Part shown: positions 34,479-44,002 of the stretch, piece by piece
Layout: each line of letters begins with the position of its first letter
How positions within the stretch are numbered: the stretch's first letter is position 1
Source: Clostridia bacterium
GTDB lineage: Bacteria > Bacillota > Clostridia > Oscillospirales > CAG-272
DNA length: 64,000 nt
NCBI GenBank assembly: GCA_017412045.1
Contig: JAFQOX010000017.1
Coordinates: forward strand, 6,183 to 70,182
Reading direction: 5' to 3'
The notes under the pieces: generated by a model
What the model was told of the DNA's origin: nothing
The model's input: the letters and a program-made list of their open reading frames with translations, nothing else
Databases searched by the model: none
Translations under genes and position numbers: made by a program

Positions 34479-35067
34479 GAAATCCTTCGGAGAGAAAAAG
34501 GTGCTTTCCGACGTTTCTCTCACCGTGGAAAAAGGTGAGTGCGTCATGCTCTTCGGCGCATCGGGATGCGGAAAAACGACGCTTCTCCGCATTGCCGCCG
34601 GGCTTGAAGGGCAGGACGGCGGAGCCGTTGAGAAAAGCGGAAAAACGGCGGTCGTGTTCGCGGAGCCCCGTCTGTTTCCGACCGCGACGGTGCTGGAAAA
34701 CGTGACGGCGGTCATGCGCCGCGGCAAAAAGGAGCGGAAGGATGCAGAGAGAAGGGCGGCGGAGATCCTGGCGGCGTTCGGACTCGGCGGCGCGGAGGCG
34801 CTCTATCCGGCGGAGCTTTCCACGGGCATGGCGGCGAGAGTCTCTCTGGCGCGCGCGGTGGCGTACGATGCGGACGTTTATCTGATGGACGAGCCCTTCA
34901 AAAGCCTCGATGCCGGGATCAAGCAGACGGTCGTATCGTACCTGCGCGGATTCCTGTCGGATAAGACGGCTCTGATCATCAGCCACGACAGCGCGGAGGC
35001 GGCGCTCATGGGCGCGGACGTGTATCGGATGGAAAACGGTATGCTCGTAAAACCGGAAAATGCGTAA
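34456..35067 (+). CDS. ABC transporter ATP-binding protein (short, 203 aa)
   Basis: Walker A GASGCGKTT, Walker B VYLMDEPF. The signature loop is degenerate (LSTGMAARV). Confidence 0.8.
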   Translation: MLKLLKIEKSFGEKKVLSDVSLTVEKGECVMLFGASGCGKTTLLRIAAGLEGQDGGAVEKSGKTAVVFAEPRLFPTATVLENVTAVMRRGKKERKDAERRAAEILAAFGLGGAEALYPAELSTGMAARVSLARAVAYDADVYLMDEPFKSLDAGIKQTVVSYLRGFLSDKTALIISHDSAEAALMGADVYRMENGMLVKPENA

Positions 35068-35092
35068 AATACGAAAAAATTGTCGTTTTGCG

Positions 35093-35126
35093 GCGAGATG
35101 TGAACTACATCTCGCTTTTTCTTTTT
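35093..35126 (+). terminator. Rho-independent terminator
   Basis: GCGAGATG-tgaacta-CATCTCGC followed by TTTTTCTTTTT. Confidence 0.75.
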
Positions 35127-35360
35127 CAAATATAGCGGTATTATAGTGATTTTGAACAAAAATATGGGGGCGTGTGCTGAATTTCTTTAATCAACCTTGC
35201 TTTTTTTGATAAATTCATATATAATTATTTTAGTCTAACTATGCCGTATGGGCGGCGTGCGCCCGTGCGTATTGTCTGATTCGCTTTTTGCGTGTTTTTC
35301 CGCAGATAAAAAGCGCGCAAACGAGCATTTTTATCATAAAACGAAAGGCAGGAAATTCTC

Positions 35361-36563
35361 ATGTTCCAGAAAAAAGAATGTATCGCAATGCTTCTTGCGG
35401 GCGGTCAGGGAAGCCGTCTCTACACGCTGACGGAAAAAACGGCGAAGCCGGCGGTTCCTTTTGGAGGTAAATACCGTATCATTGACTTCCCGATGTCAAA
35501 CTGCGTGAATTCCGGCATTGATACCGTCGGCGTTCTGACGCAGTACCAGCCTCTTGTTCTGAACGAATATATCGGTAACGGTGAACCTTGGGATCTCGAC
35601 CGCACCCGCGGCGGCGTTACGGTCCTCTCTCCCTACGAAGCGAAGGGCGGTAAGGATTGGTATCGCGGCACCGCGAACGCGATCTATCAGAACCTGACGT
35701 TCATCGAGCGCTACGACCCCGAATATACTTTGATTTTGTCCGGCGACCATATCTACAAAATGGACTACAGCAAAATGCTTGACGAGCACAAGAAAAACGG
35801 TGCGGATTGCACGATCGCCGTGCTTGAGGTTCCGATGGAGGAGGCAAGCCGCTTCGGTATCCTCAATACCGACGAAAATAACAAGATCGTGGAATTTGAA
35901 GAAAAGCCCAAGCAGCCCAAGAGCAACAAGGCCTCCATGGGCATCTACATATTCACGACCAAGGTCCTGAAAAAATACCTGATCGAGGACGAAGCCAATC
36001 CCGCATCCTCCAACGACTTCGGTAAAAATATCATCCCCAATATGCTGAATGACGGCTGCCCGATGTATACCTACGCGTTCCAGGGCTATTGGAAGGACGT
36101 CGGTACGCTGACCAGCCTCTGGGAAGCCAATATGGATCTGCTCGGCAATCCTCCTGCCTTTGACCTTTACGATCGCAATTTCCGCATCTTCTACCGCCAC
36201 GAGGCGTATCCGCCGCACAGGATCGGCGCGGATTCCTCGATCAGAAATTCGATGATCACCGAGGGCTGTGTGATCGACGGTACCGTGGAAAACTCCGTCC
36301 TGGCAAACGGCGTCGTCGTGGAAAAGGGCGCGGTCGTCCGCGATTCCGTGATCATGAGCGACGTGCGTATTTGCGCGGGCGCAAAGGTGGAATACGCGAT
36401 CGTTGACAGCGATACCGTGATCGGTGAGAACAGCGTGATCGGAGAAAGCAAGGAAAGCGAAAAGCTCCTGCTCGTCGGCGCGGGTCTGAAATTCCCCGTA
36501 AACAGCGAGATCGGCGGCGGCGCCATGATCGATGCCGCCAACATCAAAGATTATATTGCTTGA
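35361..36563 (+). CDS. glgC: Glucose-1-phosphate adenylyltransferase
   Basis: [45 protein letters not shown]. 400 aa. Confidence 0.95.
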   Translation: MFQKKECIAMLLAGGQGSRLYTLTEKTAKPAVPFGGKYRIIDFPMSNCVNSGIDTVGVLTQYQPLVLNEYIGNGEPWDLDRTRGGVTVLSPYEAKGGKDWYRGTANAIYQNLTFIERYDPEYTLILSGDHIYKMDYSKMLDEHKKNGADCTIAVLEVPMEEASRFGILNTDENNKIVEFEEKPKQPKSNKASMGIYIFTTKVLKKYLIEDEANPASSNDFGKNIIPNMLNDGCPMYTYAFQGYWKDVGTLTSLWEANMDLLGNPPAFDLYDRNFRIFYRHEAYPPHRIGADSSIRNSMITEGCVIDGTVENSVLANGVVVEKGAVVRDSVIMSDVRICAGAKVEYAIVDSDTVIGENSVIGESKESEKLLLVGAGLKFPVNSEIGGGAMIDAANIKDYIA

Positions 36564-36576
36564 GGAGGTAACGAAA

Positions 36577-37710
36577 ATGTCTGTAACAGGTATTATTTTT
36601 TCCAATCTTCACGATAACGAGATTTCGGAGCTGACGAGAGTCCGCACCCTCGCATCCGTTCCCTTCGGATGCCGCTACCGTCTGATCGACTTCCCGCTCT
36701 CCAATATGGTGAACTCCAATATCAGCAATATCAACGTCATCACGCAGTACAATTACCACTCCCTGATGGACCACATCGGAACCGGTAAGGACTGGGATCT
36801 CGCGCGCCGCTCCGGCGGTGTCAAGATCCTTCCGCCCTACATCAATTTCGACGGAAGCACGAGAAACAATCTTTCCAACACCCGATTGGAGGCGCTCAAG
36901 AGCGTGGGCTATTCCATCGCCCAGATGACCTCCGATTACGTCGTGATGGCGGACTGCAACGTGATCTGCAATATTGACTTCAACGACGTGCTCAACGATC
37001 ATATCGAAAGCGGCGCGGACGTGACCATCGCCGTCAAGCGCATGGAGCTTGACCGCGCGACCGCGAAGGCCAATACGCTCGTTTTCTCCAGCAAGGACGG
37101 CAGGATCACCGACCTGCTCCCGAATCCCACCAATTTCGACGGCTATGCGGACGTCAGCCTGAACATCATCGTTCTGAACCGTAAATATCTCCAGGATTTC
37201 GTTCTGGACTCCATCGCGCACGGCTATACCAGCATTACGCGCGACGTATTCCTCAAGAGCCTGTATACGAGAAACTTCCGTATCTACAGATACGACGGCT
37301 ATTTCGCTTGCATTTCCTCCTTCGAGGATTATTTTGCCTGCAATATGCAGCTGATCGAAAATCAGGAAATGTTCGATTCTCTCTTCGGCGTGGAGGAAAG
37401 ACCGATCTTCACGAAGGTCCGCAACTCCGCCCCCGCATACTACAGCGAGGACTCCCGGGTGAAGAATTCCCTGATCGCCGACGGCTGTGTGATCGAGGGT
37501 ACCGTTGAAAACAGCATTCTCTTCCGCGGTGTCAGAGTCGGCAAGGGCGCCGTCGTGAAGAACAGCATTCTTTTCCAGGATACCATCATTTCCGATACGG
37601 CATCCGTCGCGTATACGGTCTGCGACAAGAACGTCGTGATCCGCAACAACGTGAACATTTCCGGACATTCCACTCTGCCGCTCTATATCGACAGAGGTAA
37701 GATGGTCTGA
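36577..37710 (+). CDS. glgD: Glucose-1-phosphate adenylyltransferase regulatory subunit GlgD
   Basis: GIIFSNLHDNEISELTRVRTLASVPFGCRYRLIDFPLSNMVNS is the Firmicutes-type GlgD, and the gene follows glgC. Confidence 0.9.
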   Translation: MSVTGIIFSNLHDNEISELTRVRTLASVPFGCRYRLIDFPLSNMVNSNISNINVITQYNYHSLMDHIGTGKDWDLARRSGGVKILPPYINFDGSTRNNLSNTRLEALKSVGYSIAQMTSDYVVMADCNVICNIDFNDVLNDHIESGADVTIAVKRMELDRATAKANTLVFSSKDGRITDLLPNPTNFDGYADVSLNIIVLNRKYLQDFVLDSIAHGYTSITRDVFLKSLYTRNFRIYRYDGYFACISSFEDYFACNMQLIENQEMFDSLFGVEERPIFTKVRNSAPAYYSEDSRVKNSLIADGCVIEGTVENSILFRGVRVGKGAVVKNSILFQDTIISDTASVAYTVCDKNVVIRNNVNISGHSTLPLYIDRGKMV

Positions 37711-37733
37711 TTCCCGATCCATATCCCCGAACA

Positions 37734-37819
37734 CCGATACGGGCGTCCGCGCCCGTATCGGAATGGAAGTAAGACGTAAGGGGGAATGCGGATTTCCTTT
37801 TACCTCTTGCTTCCATTCC
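37734..37819 (+). other. Two strong inverted repeats between glgD and glgA
   Basis: A perfect 12-bp stem CCGATACGGGCG-tccg-CGCCCGTATCGG (37734-37761) without a T tract, then a 10-bp inverted repeat GGAATGGAAG...CTTCCATTCC (37760-37819). Confidence 0.4.
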
Positions 37820-37896
37820 GAAAGCCCGGATGCATATACAAGGATTGACGTTTTAACGTGTTTTTGAATGAACCCAGAAAGGAAAGGTCATTATAT

Positions 37897-39348
37897 ATGA
37901 ATATGAAAAAGATTTTGTATGCAGGCAGCGAAGTTATGCCCTTTGCGGCAACGGGAGGCTTGGGAGACGTTCTCGGCTCTCTTCCCGCCGCAGTCAAACA
38001 GAAAAATCCGGAATGCGACGTTCGCGTGGTTATGCCGTATTACGGACAGATCAAGGCGGAATGGCGCAGACAGATGACGTACGTCAAGCATATGATGGTG
38101 CCGCTCGCATGGCGCAAGCTGTACTGCGGTATCTACTCGCTGGAAAAGGACGGCGTGACCTACTATTTCCTCGACAACGAATATTACTTCAGAAGAAGCA
38201 GCCTTTACGGAAGCTTTGACGATGCGGAACGCTTCGCGTTCTTCTCCGTCGCCGTTCTCGAGCTGATGAGCGCGGTGGATTTCTATCCCGACGTCTTCCA
38301 CGCAAACGACTGGCAGACCGCTCTCGCCGTCATCAAGCTCAAGAGAAGCTACACCCTGATCCCCGAATATTTCCGCATCCGCGCCGTATACACCATTCAC
38401 AACATCGAATACCAGGGCGTATACGATATGAATATGATGGAAGATATCTTCGATCTCGCGGGCTCGGATAATCTGATCGTGGAATATAACGGTATGCTCA
38501 ACCTCACCAAGGGCGCTGTCGTCTGCGCGGATTACGTCACGACGGTAAGCCCGAATTATTCCAAGGAGATCCAGACGGATGCTTACGGCTGCGGCTTGCA
38601 GAACATTCTCCGTCAGTACAACGATAAGATCGGCGGTATCGTCAACGGCATCGATACGGCTTACAACAATCCCGCCTCGGATCCCGAGCTGCCCTTCGCT
38701 TACAGCGCGGACGATCTGACGGGCAAGCAGAAAAACAAGGAAGCGCTCCAGAAGAGATTCGGTCTGGACATCAATCCCGACGTTCCCGTGATCGCCATGG
38801 TTTCCAGATTGGCTTCCCACAAGGGCTTTGACCTCGTGCTCGCGATCTTCAACGAGCTGATGAAGGACAACGTACAGTTCGTTCTTCTCGGAACGGGCGA
38901 AAAGGGCTACGAAAACTTCTTCTCCTCCATGTCGGCGCGTTATCCCGGCAAGGCTTCCATCAATCTGATCTACGACCGCGCGCTGTCCAAGCTGATCTAC
39001 GCGGGCGCAGATATGTTCCTCATGCCCTCCAAGAGTGAGGCGTGCGGACTTTCCCAGATGATCGCTTCCCGCTACGGCACCGTGCCGATCGTTCGTGAAA
39101 CGGGCGGTCTTTACGATACCATCAAGCCCTACGGCTTTGACGGAAGCGGTAACGGATTTACGTTTTCCACATATAATGCTCACGATATGCTCCACGTCAT
39201 CCGCGAAGCGGAAGCGCTTTATGAAAACGGCGAAAAATGGACGGAGCTTGTCAAAAAGGTCATGCGCGTAGACTTCTCTTGGGATGCGTCTGCCGCAGAC
39301 TATATTTCTTGCTACGAGAACCTGCTTGCTGTCAAAAGAGGCAGATGA
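37897..39348 (+). CDS. glgA: Glycogen synthase
   Basis: KKILYAGSEVMPFAATGGLGDVLGSLP. 480+ aa GT5 pattern. Confidence 0.95.
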   Translation: MNMKKILYAGSEVMPFAATGGLGDVLGSLPAAVKQKNPECDVRVVMPYYGQIKAEWRRQMTYVKHMMVPLAWRKLYCGIYSLEKDGVTYYFLDNEYYFRRSSLYGSFDDAERFAFFSVAVLELMSAVDFYPDVFHANDWQTALAVIKLKRSYTLIPEYFRIRAVYTIHNIEYQGVYDMNMMEDIFDLAGSDNLIVEYNGMLNLTKGAVVCADYVTTVSPNYSKEIQTDAYGCGLQNILRQYNDKIGGIVNGIDTAYNNPASDPELPFAYSADDLTGKQKNKEALQKRFGLDINPDVPVIAMVSRLASHKGFDLVLAIFNELMKDNVQFVLLGTGEKGYENFFSSMSARYPGKASINLIYDRALSKLIYAGADMFLMPSKSEACGLSQMIASRYGTVPIVRETGGLYDTIKPYGFDGSGNGFTFSTYNAHDMLHVIREAEALYENGEKWTELVKKVMRVDFSWDASAADYISCYENLLAVKRGR

Positions 39349-39399
39349 TACGGGTAACGTAGCGGCGCATACACTTTTACTCAGAAGGAGATCAAAACA

Positions 39400-41844
39400 A
39401 TGGATCAGTTTAACGTAAACGGAAATTATACGGAGCAGGATATCAAGGACATTCTTGAGAGTAAAATTTCCAGATATTTCGGCGTTCGTCCCGAAGAAGC
39501 GACGAAATCGCAGGTTTATAAGGCGGTGATTCTTACCGTAAAGGATATGCTGACGGAGAAGCGCTCCGCATATCGCCGGCTTGTGAAAAGAGACGGCGCG
39601 AAGCGCGTCTACTATATGTGCATGGAGTTCCTGATCGGACCCTCTCTCAAAAATAACCTGCGCAATCTCGGCATTGAGGACGCGTACGCCTCGGCAGTGA
39701 AGGCACTCGGCTACGATATCCGCGATCTTTACGAAGCCGAGCCCAACCCCGGACTCGGCAACGGCGGTCTCGGCAGACTCGCCGCGTGCTTCATGGATTC
39801 TCTCACGACCCTGGATTACCCTGCGACGGGATTTTCCCTGTGCTACGAATACGGCCTTTTCAAGCAGAAGATCATCGAAGGCAGTCAGGTGGAGCTTCCC
39901 GATATCTGGATGCCCGATTCCGAAGGCTGGCTCGTCCCCAGAACGGACAAATCGTTCTCCGTCCGCTTCGGCGGCAGAGTCTGCGAGGAATGGGAAAACG
40001 GAAAGCTCAATATCAATCACGTGGATTACGACGAGGTACAGGCGATTCCCTACGATATCATGATTTCCGGTTACAACAATACCGCGGTCAACAACCTCCG
40101 TCTCTGGAAGGCGCAGGACATCAAAAACTTCAACATGAAGCTTTTCACCCAGGGACAGTATATGCAGGCTGTCGAGCATAACACCAACGCGGAAGCGCTG
40201 ACGAAGATTCTGTATCCCTCCGACGACCATATGGAAGGTAAGATCCTCCGCCTCAGCCAGCAGTACTTCCTCGTTTCCGCATCCCTTCAGAATATCATCG
40301 CGGATCACCTCGGTCAGTACGGCACGCTTGCCAACTTCGCCGAGAAGAACTGTATCCATATCAACGATACGCACCCCGCGCTCTGTATCCCCGAGCTGAT
40401 GAGAATCTTCATGGATACCTATTCCTTCTCGTGGGAAACCGCGTGGGAAATGATCACGAGAGTCGTTTCTTACACCAATCACACCGTTATGCCCGAGGCG
40501 CTGGAATGCTGGAACGAGGACATCTTCCGCCTGCGTCTGCCCCGTATCCACAATATCGTTTGCGAGATCAACCGCCGCTTCTGCGCTGACCTCTGGAATC
40601 TCTATCCCGGAGATTGGGACCGCATCTCCCGTATGTCCATCATGGGCAACGGTCAGGTTCGTATGGCGAACCTCAGCGTCGTCGGCTCTCATACCGTCAA
40701 CGGCGTTTCCAAATTGCACTCCGATATTCTCAAGGCGACCGTATTCCACGACTTTTATAAGGCGACGCCCGAAAAGTTCACCAACGTGACCAACGGCATC
40801 GCGCACAGACGCTGGCTCTGCTATTCCAACCCCGGCCTTGCCGCCCTCCTCGATCAGACGATCGGCGACGGTTACCGCAAGAATCCCGAAACGCTCTCTG
40901 AATTTGCGAAATACGCAGGCGATGCCGGCGTGATCGAGGAGGTTCGCTCGATCAAGCACAAAAATAAGGAAAGCTTCGCGGAATGGTTCTGCGGCCGTAC
41001 GGGTGAAAAGCTCGATACGCACTCCGTTTTCGACGTACAGGTCAAGCGTATTCACGAATACAAGCGTCAGCTTCTCAACGTTCTGAAGATCGTCGCTCTC
41101 TACGACGAGATCAAGACCAATCCGAATGCCGATATTACGCCCCAGACCTTTATTTTCGGCGGTAAGGCGGCAGCAGGCTACTATATGGCGAAGGATATCA
41201 TCCGTCTGATCTGGAAGCTCGGCCGCGAGATCGATGCCGATCCCATCGCCAGAGAAAAGATCCGCGTGGTATTCCTCGAGGATTACAACGTCAGCACGGC
41301 GGAGATCCTCATGCCCGCGACGGATATTTCCGAGCAGATCTCTCTTGCCGGCAAGGAGGCCAGCGGTACGGGCTGTATGAAGTTCATGATCAACGGTGCG
41401 ATGACCGTCGGTACGCTGGACGGCGCGAACGTGGAGATGGCGGAAGCCGTCGGCAAGGACAATATCTACATCTTCGGTCTGAACGCCAAAGAGGTAGAGG
41501 AGCTCTGGAGAAACGGATATTCCGCGATCGAGTACTATGCGAACGATCCCAGACTCAGAGCGGTGATCGACCGCATTTCCAAGGGCTTCGCGGGCGAAAG
41601 CTTCTCGAATATCGCAAGCTATTTCATTACGGGTAACTACAACATTGCCGATCCGTATATGTGTCTTGCAGATTTCGAATCCTATTACAGAATGTATCAC
41701 ACTGCGCTGGATGATTACAAGGACAGATCCGCATGGACGTCCAAGGCGATCCTCAATATTGCGGGAGCGGGTCACTTCGCATCCGACCGCAGTATCCGCG
41801 AGTATGCGGAAAATATCTGGAACCTCAGAAGCGTAACGGAATAA
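39400..41844 (+). CDS. glgP: Glycogen/alpha-glucan phosphorylase
   Basis: 814 aa. GLGNGGLGRLAACF, and the PLP-lysine block EASGTGCMKFMINGA. Confidence 0.95.
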   Translation: MDQFNVNGNYTEQDIKDILESKISRYFGVRPEEATKSQVYKAVILTVKDMLTEKRSAYRRLVKRDGAKRVYYMCMEFLIGPSLKNNLRNLGIEDAYASAVKALGYDIRDLYEAEPNPGLGNGGLGRLAACFMDSLTTLDYPATGFSLCYEYGLFKQKIIEGSQVELPDIWMPDSEGWLVPRTDKSFSVRFGGRVCEEWENGKLNINHVDYDEVQAIPYDIMISGYNNTAVNNLRLWKAQDIKNFNMKLFTQGQYMQAVEHNTNAEALTKILYPSDDHMEGKILRLSQQYFLVSASLQNIIADHLGQYGTLANFAEKNCIHINDTHPALCIPELMRIFMDTYSFSWETAWEMITRVVSYTNHTVMPEALECWNEDIFRLRLPRIHNIVCEINRRFCADLWNLYPGDWDRISRMSIMGNGQVRMANLSVVGSHTVNGVSKLHSDILKATVFHDFYKATPEKFTNVTNGIAHRRWLCYSNPGLAALLDQTIGDGYRKNPETLSEFAKYAGDAGVIEEVRSIKHKNKESFAEWFCGRTGEKLDTHSVFDVQVKRIHEYKRQLLNVLKIVALYDEIKTNPNADITPQTFIFGGKAAAGYYMAKDIIRLIWKLGREIDADPIAREKIRVVFLEDYNVSTAEILMPATDISEQISLAGKEASGTGCMKFMINGAMTVGTLDGANVEMAEAVGKDNIYIFGLNAKEVEELWRNGYSAIEYYANDPRLRAVIDRISKGFAGESFSNIASYFITGNYNIADPYMCLADFESYYRMYHTALDDYKDRSAWTSKAILNIAGAGHFASDRSIREYAENIWNLRSVTE

Positions 41845-41942
41845 GAAAAAATCGGATTCCGCGCGTTTTCTGATCGGTTAAAAAGCTTTTTCTTCGAGGC
41901 AATGCCGCGGAAGCTCCGCGGTATTGCCAAAAATAAAAGGGA

Positions 41943-43889
41943 ATGGTCACTATTATGGCGGGTTTTTCAAGATTCGGCGCCGTTGCCAAACGGCTGGAGC
42001 AAAAATTCATAAAAGGAAATCCTGTTACGGAGCGGAGCGCGTTTTCAACTGCGGATGCCGTTGAATTCCGTATCAGAGTTCCCGAATCCACCGTCCGTGT
42101 GACGATGGAGATCTTTTCGGATGCGACGGGAAAGCGGAAGCGTTATCCCATGACACAGGAGAAAGGAAGATATTCCCTGACGCTGGATATGTCCAAGCTG
42201 GGCGGCGACAGAAAAACGGGGCTCTTCTATTATAAATACCGCGTTCAAACGGAAATGGGCGTCTTTGATATGAAAAAGAAGGAGCGCGATTTCACGGAGA
42301 CTTACGAGGCGGCGGACGAAGCGTGCGGTGATTTTCAGCTTCTGGTATATGAAAAGAGAAAACATCCGCCGACGTGGCTGTACGGCGGCGTTTTTTATCA
42401 GATTTTCCCCGATCGCTTCTTTTCCGCGGGCAACCTGCCGCCGAAGGAGGACGCCGTTTTATGCAGGGATATCAAAGCGTTTCCCGAGCATTTGCGCGAA
42501 AAGGCGGTCAATAACAAAAACAACGTGTTTTTCGGCGGCGATCTTGCGGGCATTACGGCGAAGCTGGATTATCTGGAATCGCTCGGCGTGACCTGTCTGT
42601 ATCTGAATCCGATCTTCGAGTCGTCGTCCAATCACCGATACAATACGGCGGATTACAGCCGCGTGGATTCCATGCTCGGTACCCGCGAGGATCTGCAAAC
42701 GCTGATCGACGAGGCGAAAAAGAGAGGAATCGGCATCATCCTGGACGGCGTTTTCAACCATACGGGCAGCGACAGTATTTATTTCAACAAAGACGCGAAT
42801 TATCCCTGCATCGGTGCGGCACAATCGGAGAAATCCCAATATTCCTCCTGGTATACCTTCACGAAATATCCCACCAAGTACGAGTCCTGGTGGGGCATAG
42901 AGACCCTCCCGCGCGTGAAATCCGACGATCCGACCTACCGTCATTTCCTGTTCGGCAGAAACGGCATCGTCCGCCGTTATACGCGTATGGGCATTGCGGG
43001 ATGGCGCCTTGACGTGGCAGACGAGCTTTCCGATGCCTTTCTGGCGGAGCTTTCCTCCACCGTAAGGCAGGAAAAGGCGGATGCCGTCGTGGTCGGCGAG
43101 GTCTGGGAGGACGCGACGAATAAAATATCCTACGGTCTGCGAAAGCAGTATTTCAACGGAAGAGAATTGGATTCCGTGATGAATTATCCCGTGCAGAAGG
43201 CGGTCATCGCGTATCTTTCCAAGGGCGATTTCGCATTTCTGCGGAGCACGCTGGAATCCATCTATTCCCACTATCCGCCCGAGGCGGCGAACGCGCTCAT
43301 GAATCTGCTCGGCTCTCACGATACCGAGCGCATCCTGACCATGCTCGGCGATCAGGAGGTGGAGAAGCTTCCTTATGAAAAGAGGGCGGGCTATCGGATG
43401 TCCGCGGCTTCCCGTAAGCGCGCGCTTGCGAGATTGCGACTGGCGGTTTGCATTCAGATGAGCGTTCCCGGCATTCCGATGATCTATTACGGAGACGAGG
43501 CGGGCATGGAGGGGCATAAGGACCCGTTCTGCCGTCTGCCGTTCCCATGGGGATCGGAGGACCGCGCTCTGACGGAATTTTACCGCAAGGTCGTGAAGGC
43601 AAGAAGGAGCGAGACGGTATTCCGCGAGGGCTCGTTTTCCTTCGTATACGCGGATGCGGACGTTCTCTGCTACGAGCGCCGAGACGGCGGTGAAAAGGTC
43701 GTCGTCGTGCTGAACCGCGGAAGTGACGAATACGAGATCAAGACCGCAGAGGTCGGAAAAGACGTGATCACGGGCGCGCAGGGAAAGACCTTCTCTCTGA
43801 AGGGACAGTCCTTCATCTGGATCCACCTGCCCGATGCATCCGATTATAACGCGTTCGTCAAAATACCGAAATCACGCGATCGGAAATAA
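41943..43889 (+). CDS. GH13 alpha-amylase-family glycosidase (neopullulanase/cyclomaltodextrinase-like)
   Basis: Conserved regions DGVFNHTG, GWRLDVADEL, VVGEVWED, LLGSHDTERI. The start codon is uncertain. Confidence 0.85.
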   Translation: MVTIMAGFSRFGAVAKRLEQKFIKGNPVTERSAFSTADAVEFRIRVPESTVRVTMEIFSDATGKRKRYPMTQEKGRYSLTLDMSKLGGDRKTGLFYYKYRVQTEMGVFDMKKKERDFTETYEAADEACGDFQLLVYEKRKHPPTWLYGGVFYQIFPDRFFSAGNLPPKEDAVLCRDIKAFPEHLREKAVNNKNNVFFGGDLAGITAKLDYLESLGVTCLYLNPIFESSSNHRYNTADYSRVDSMLGTREDLQTLIDEAKKRGIGIILDGVFNHTGSDSIYFNKDANYPCIGAAQSEKSQYSSWYTFTKYPTKYESWWGIETLPRVKSDDPTYRHFLFGRNGIVRRYTRMGIAGWRLDVADELSDAFLAELSSTVRQEKADAVVVGEVWEDATNKISYGLRKQYFNGRELDSVMNYPVQKAVIAYLSKGDFAFLRSTLESIYSHYPPEAANALMNLLGSHDTERILTMLGDQEVEKLPYEKRAGYRMSAASRKRALARLRLAVCIQMSVPGIPMIYYGDEAGMEGHKDPFCRLPFPWGSEDRALTEFYRKVVKARRSETVFREGSFSFVYADADVLCYERRDGGEKVVVVLNRGSDEYEIKTAEVGKDVITGAQGKTFSLKGQSFIWIHLPDASDYNAFVKIPKSRDRK

Positions 43890-44002
43890 GCGTATGCCGC
43901 AAGCGCGGCAAAAAATAAAGGGTGAGGAGCGTTTGCACGGCGTTCCTCCCGATCATCAAACCATCAAAACAAACGAATTTGGAAAGGAAGGCTTTGGAAG
44001 CG

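Noticed and set aside
34456-35067. A degenerate ABC signature loop (LSTGMAARV) in the short ATPase of the Ssu-like importer, which might indicate an inactive subunit.
   Set aside because: Walker A and B, the Q-loop and the H-loop look intact. Signature-loop variation of this kind is common and cannot be judged from sequence alone.
37891-41775. A 1294-aa uninterrupted minus-strand ORF spanning glgA, the intergenic gap and glgP.
   Set aside because: The plus strand encodes unmistakable GlgA and GlgP with RBSs. The antisense translation is R/G/V/D/I-rich, low in complexity and has no recognisable motifs. It is a typical shadow ORF produced by GC-rich third codon positions.
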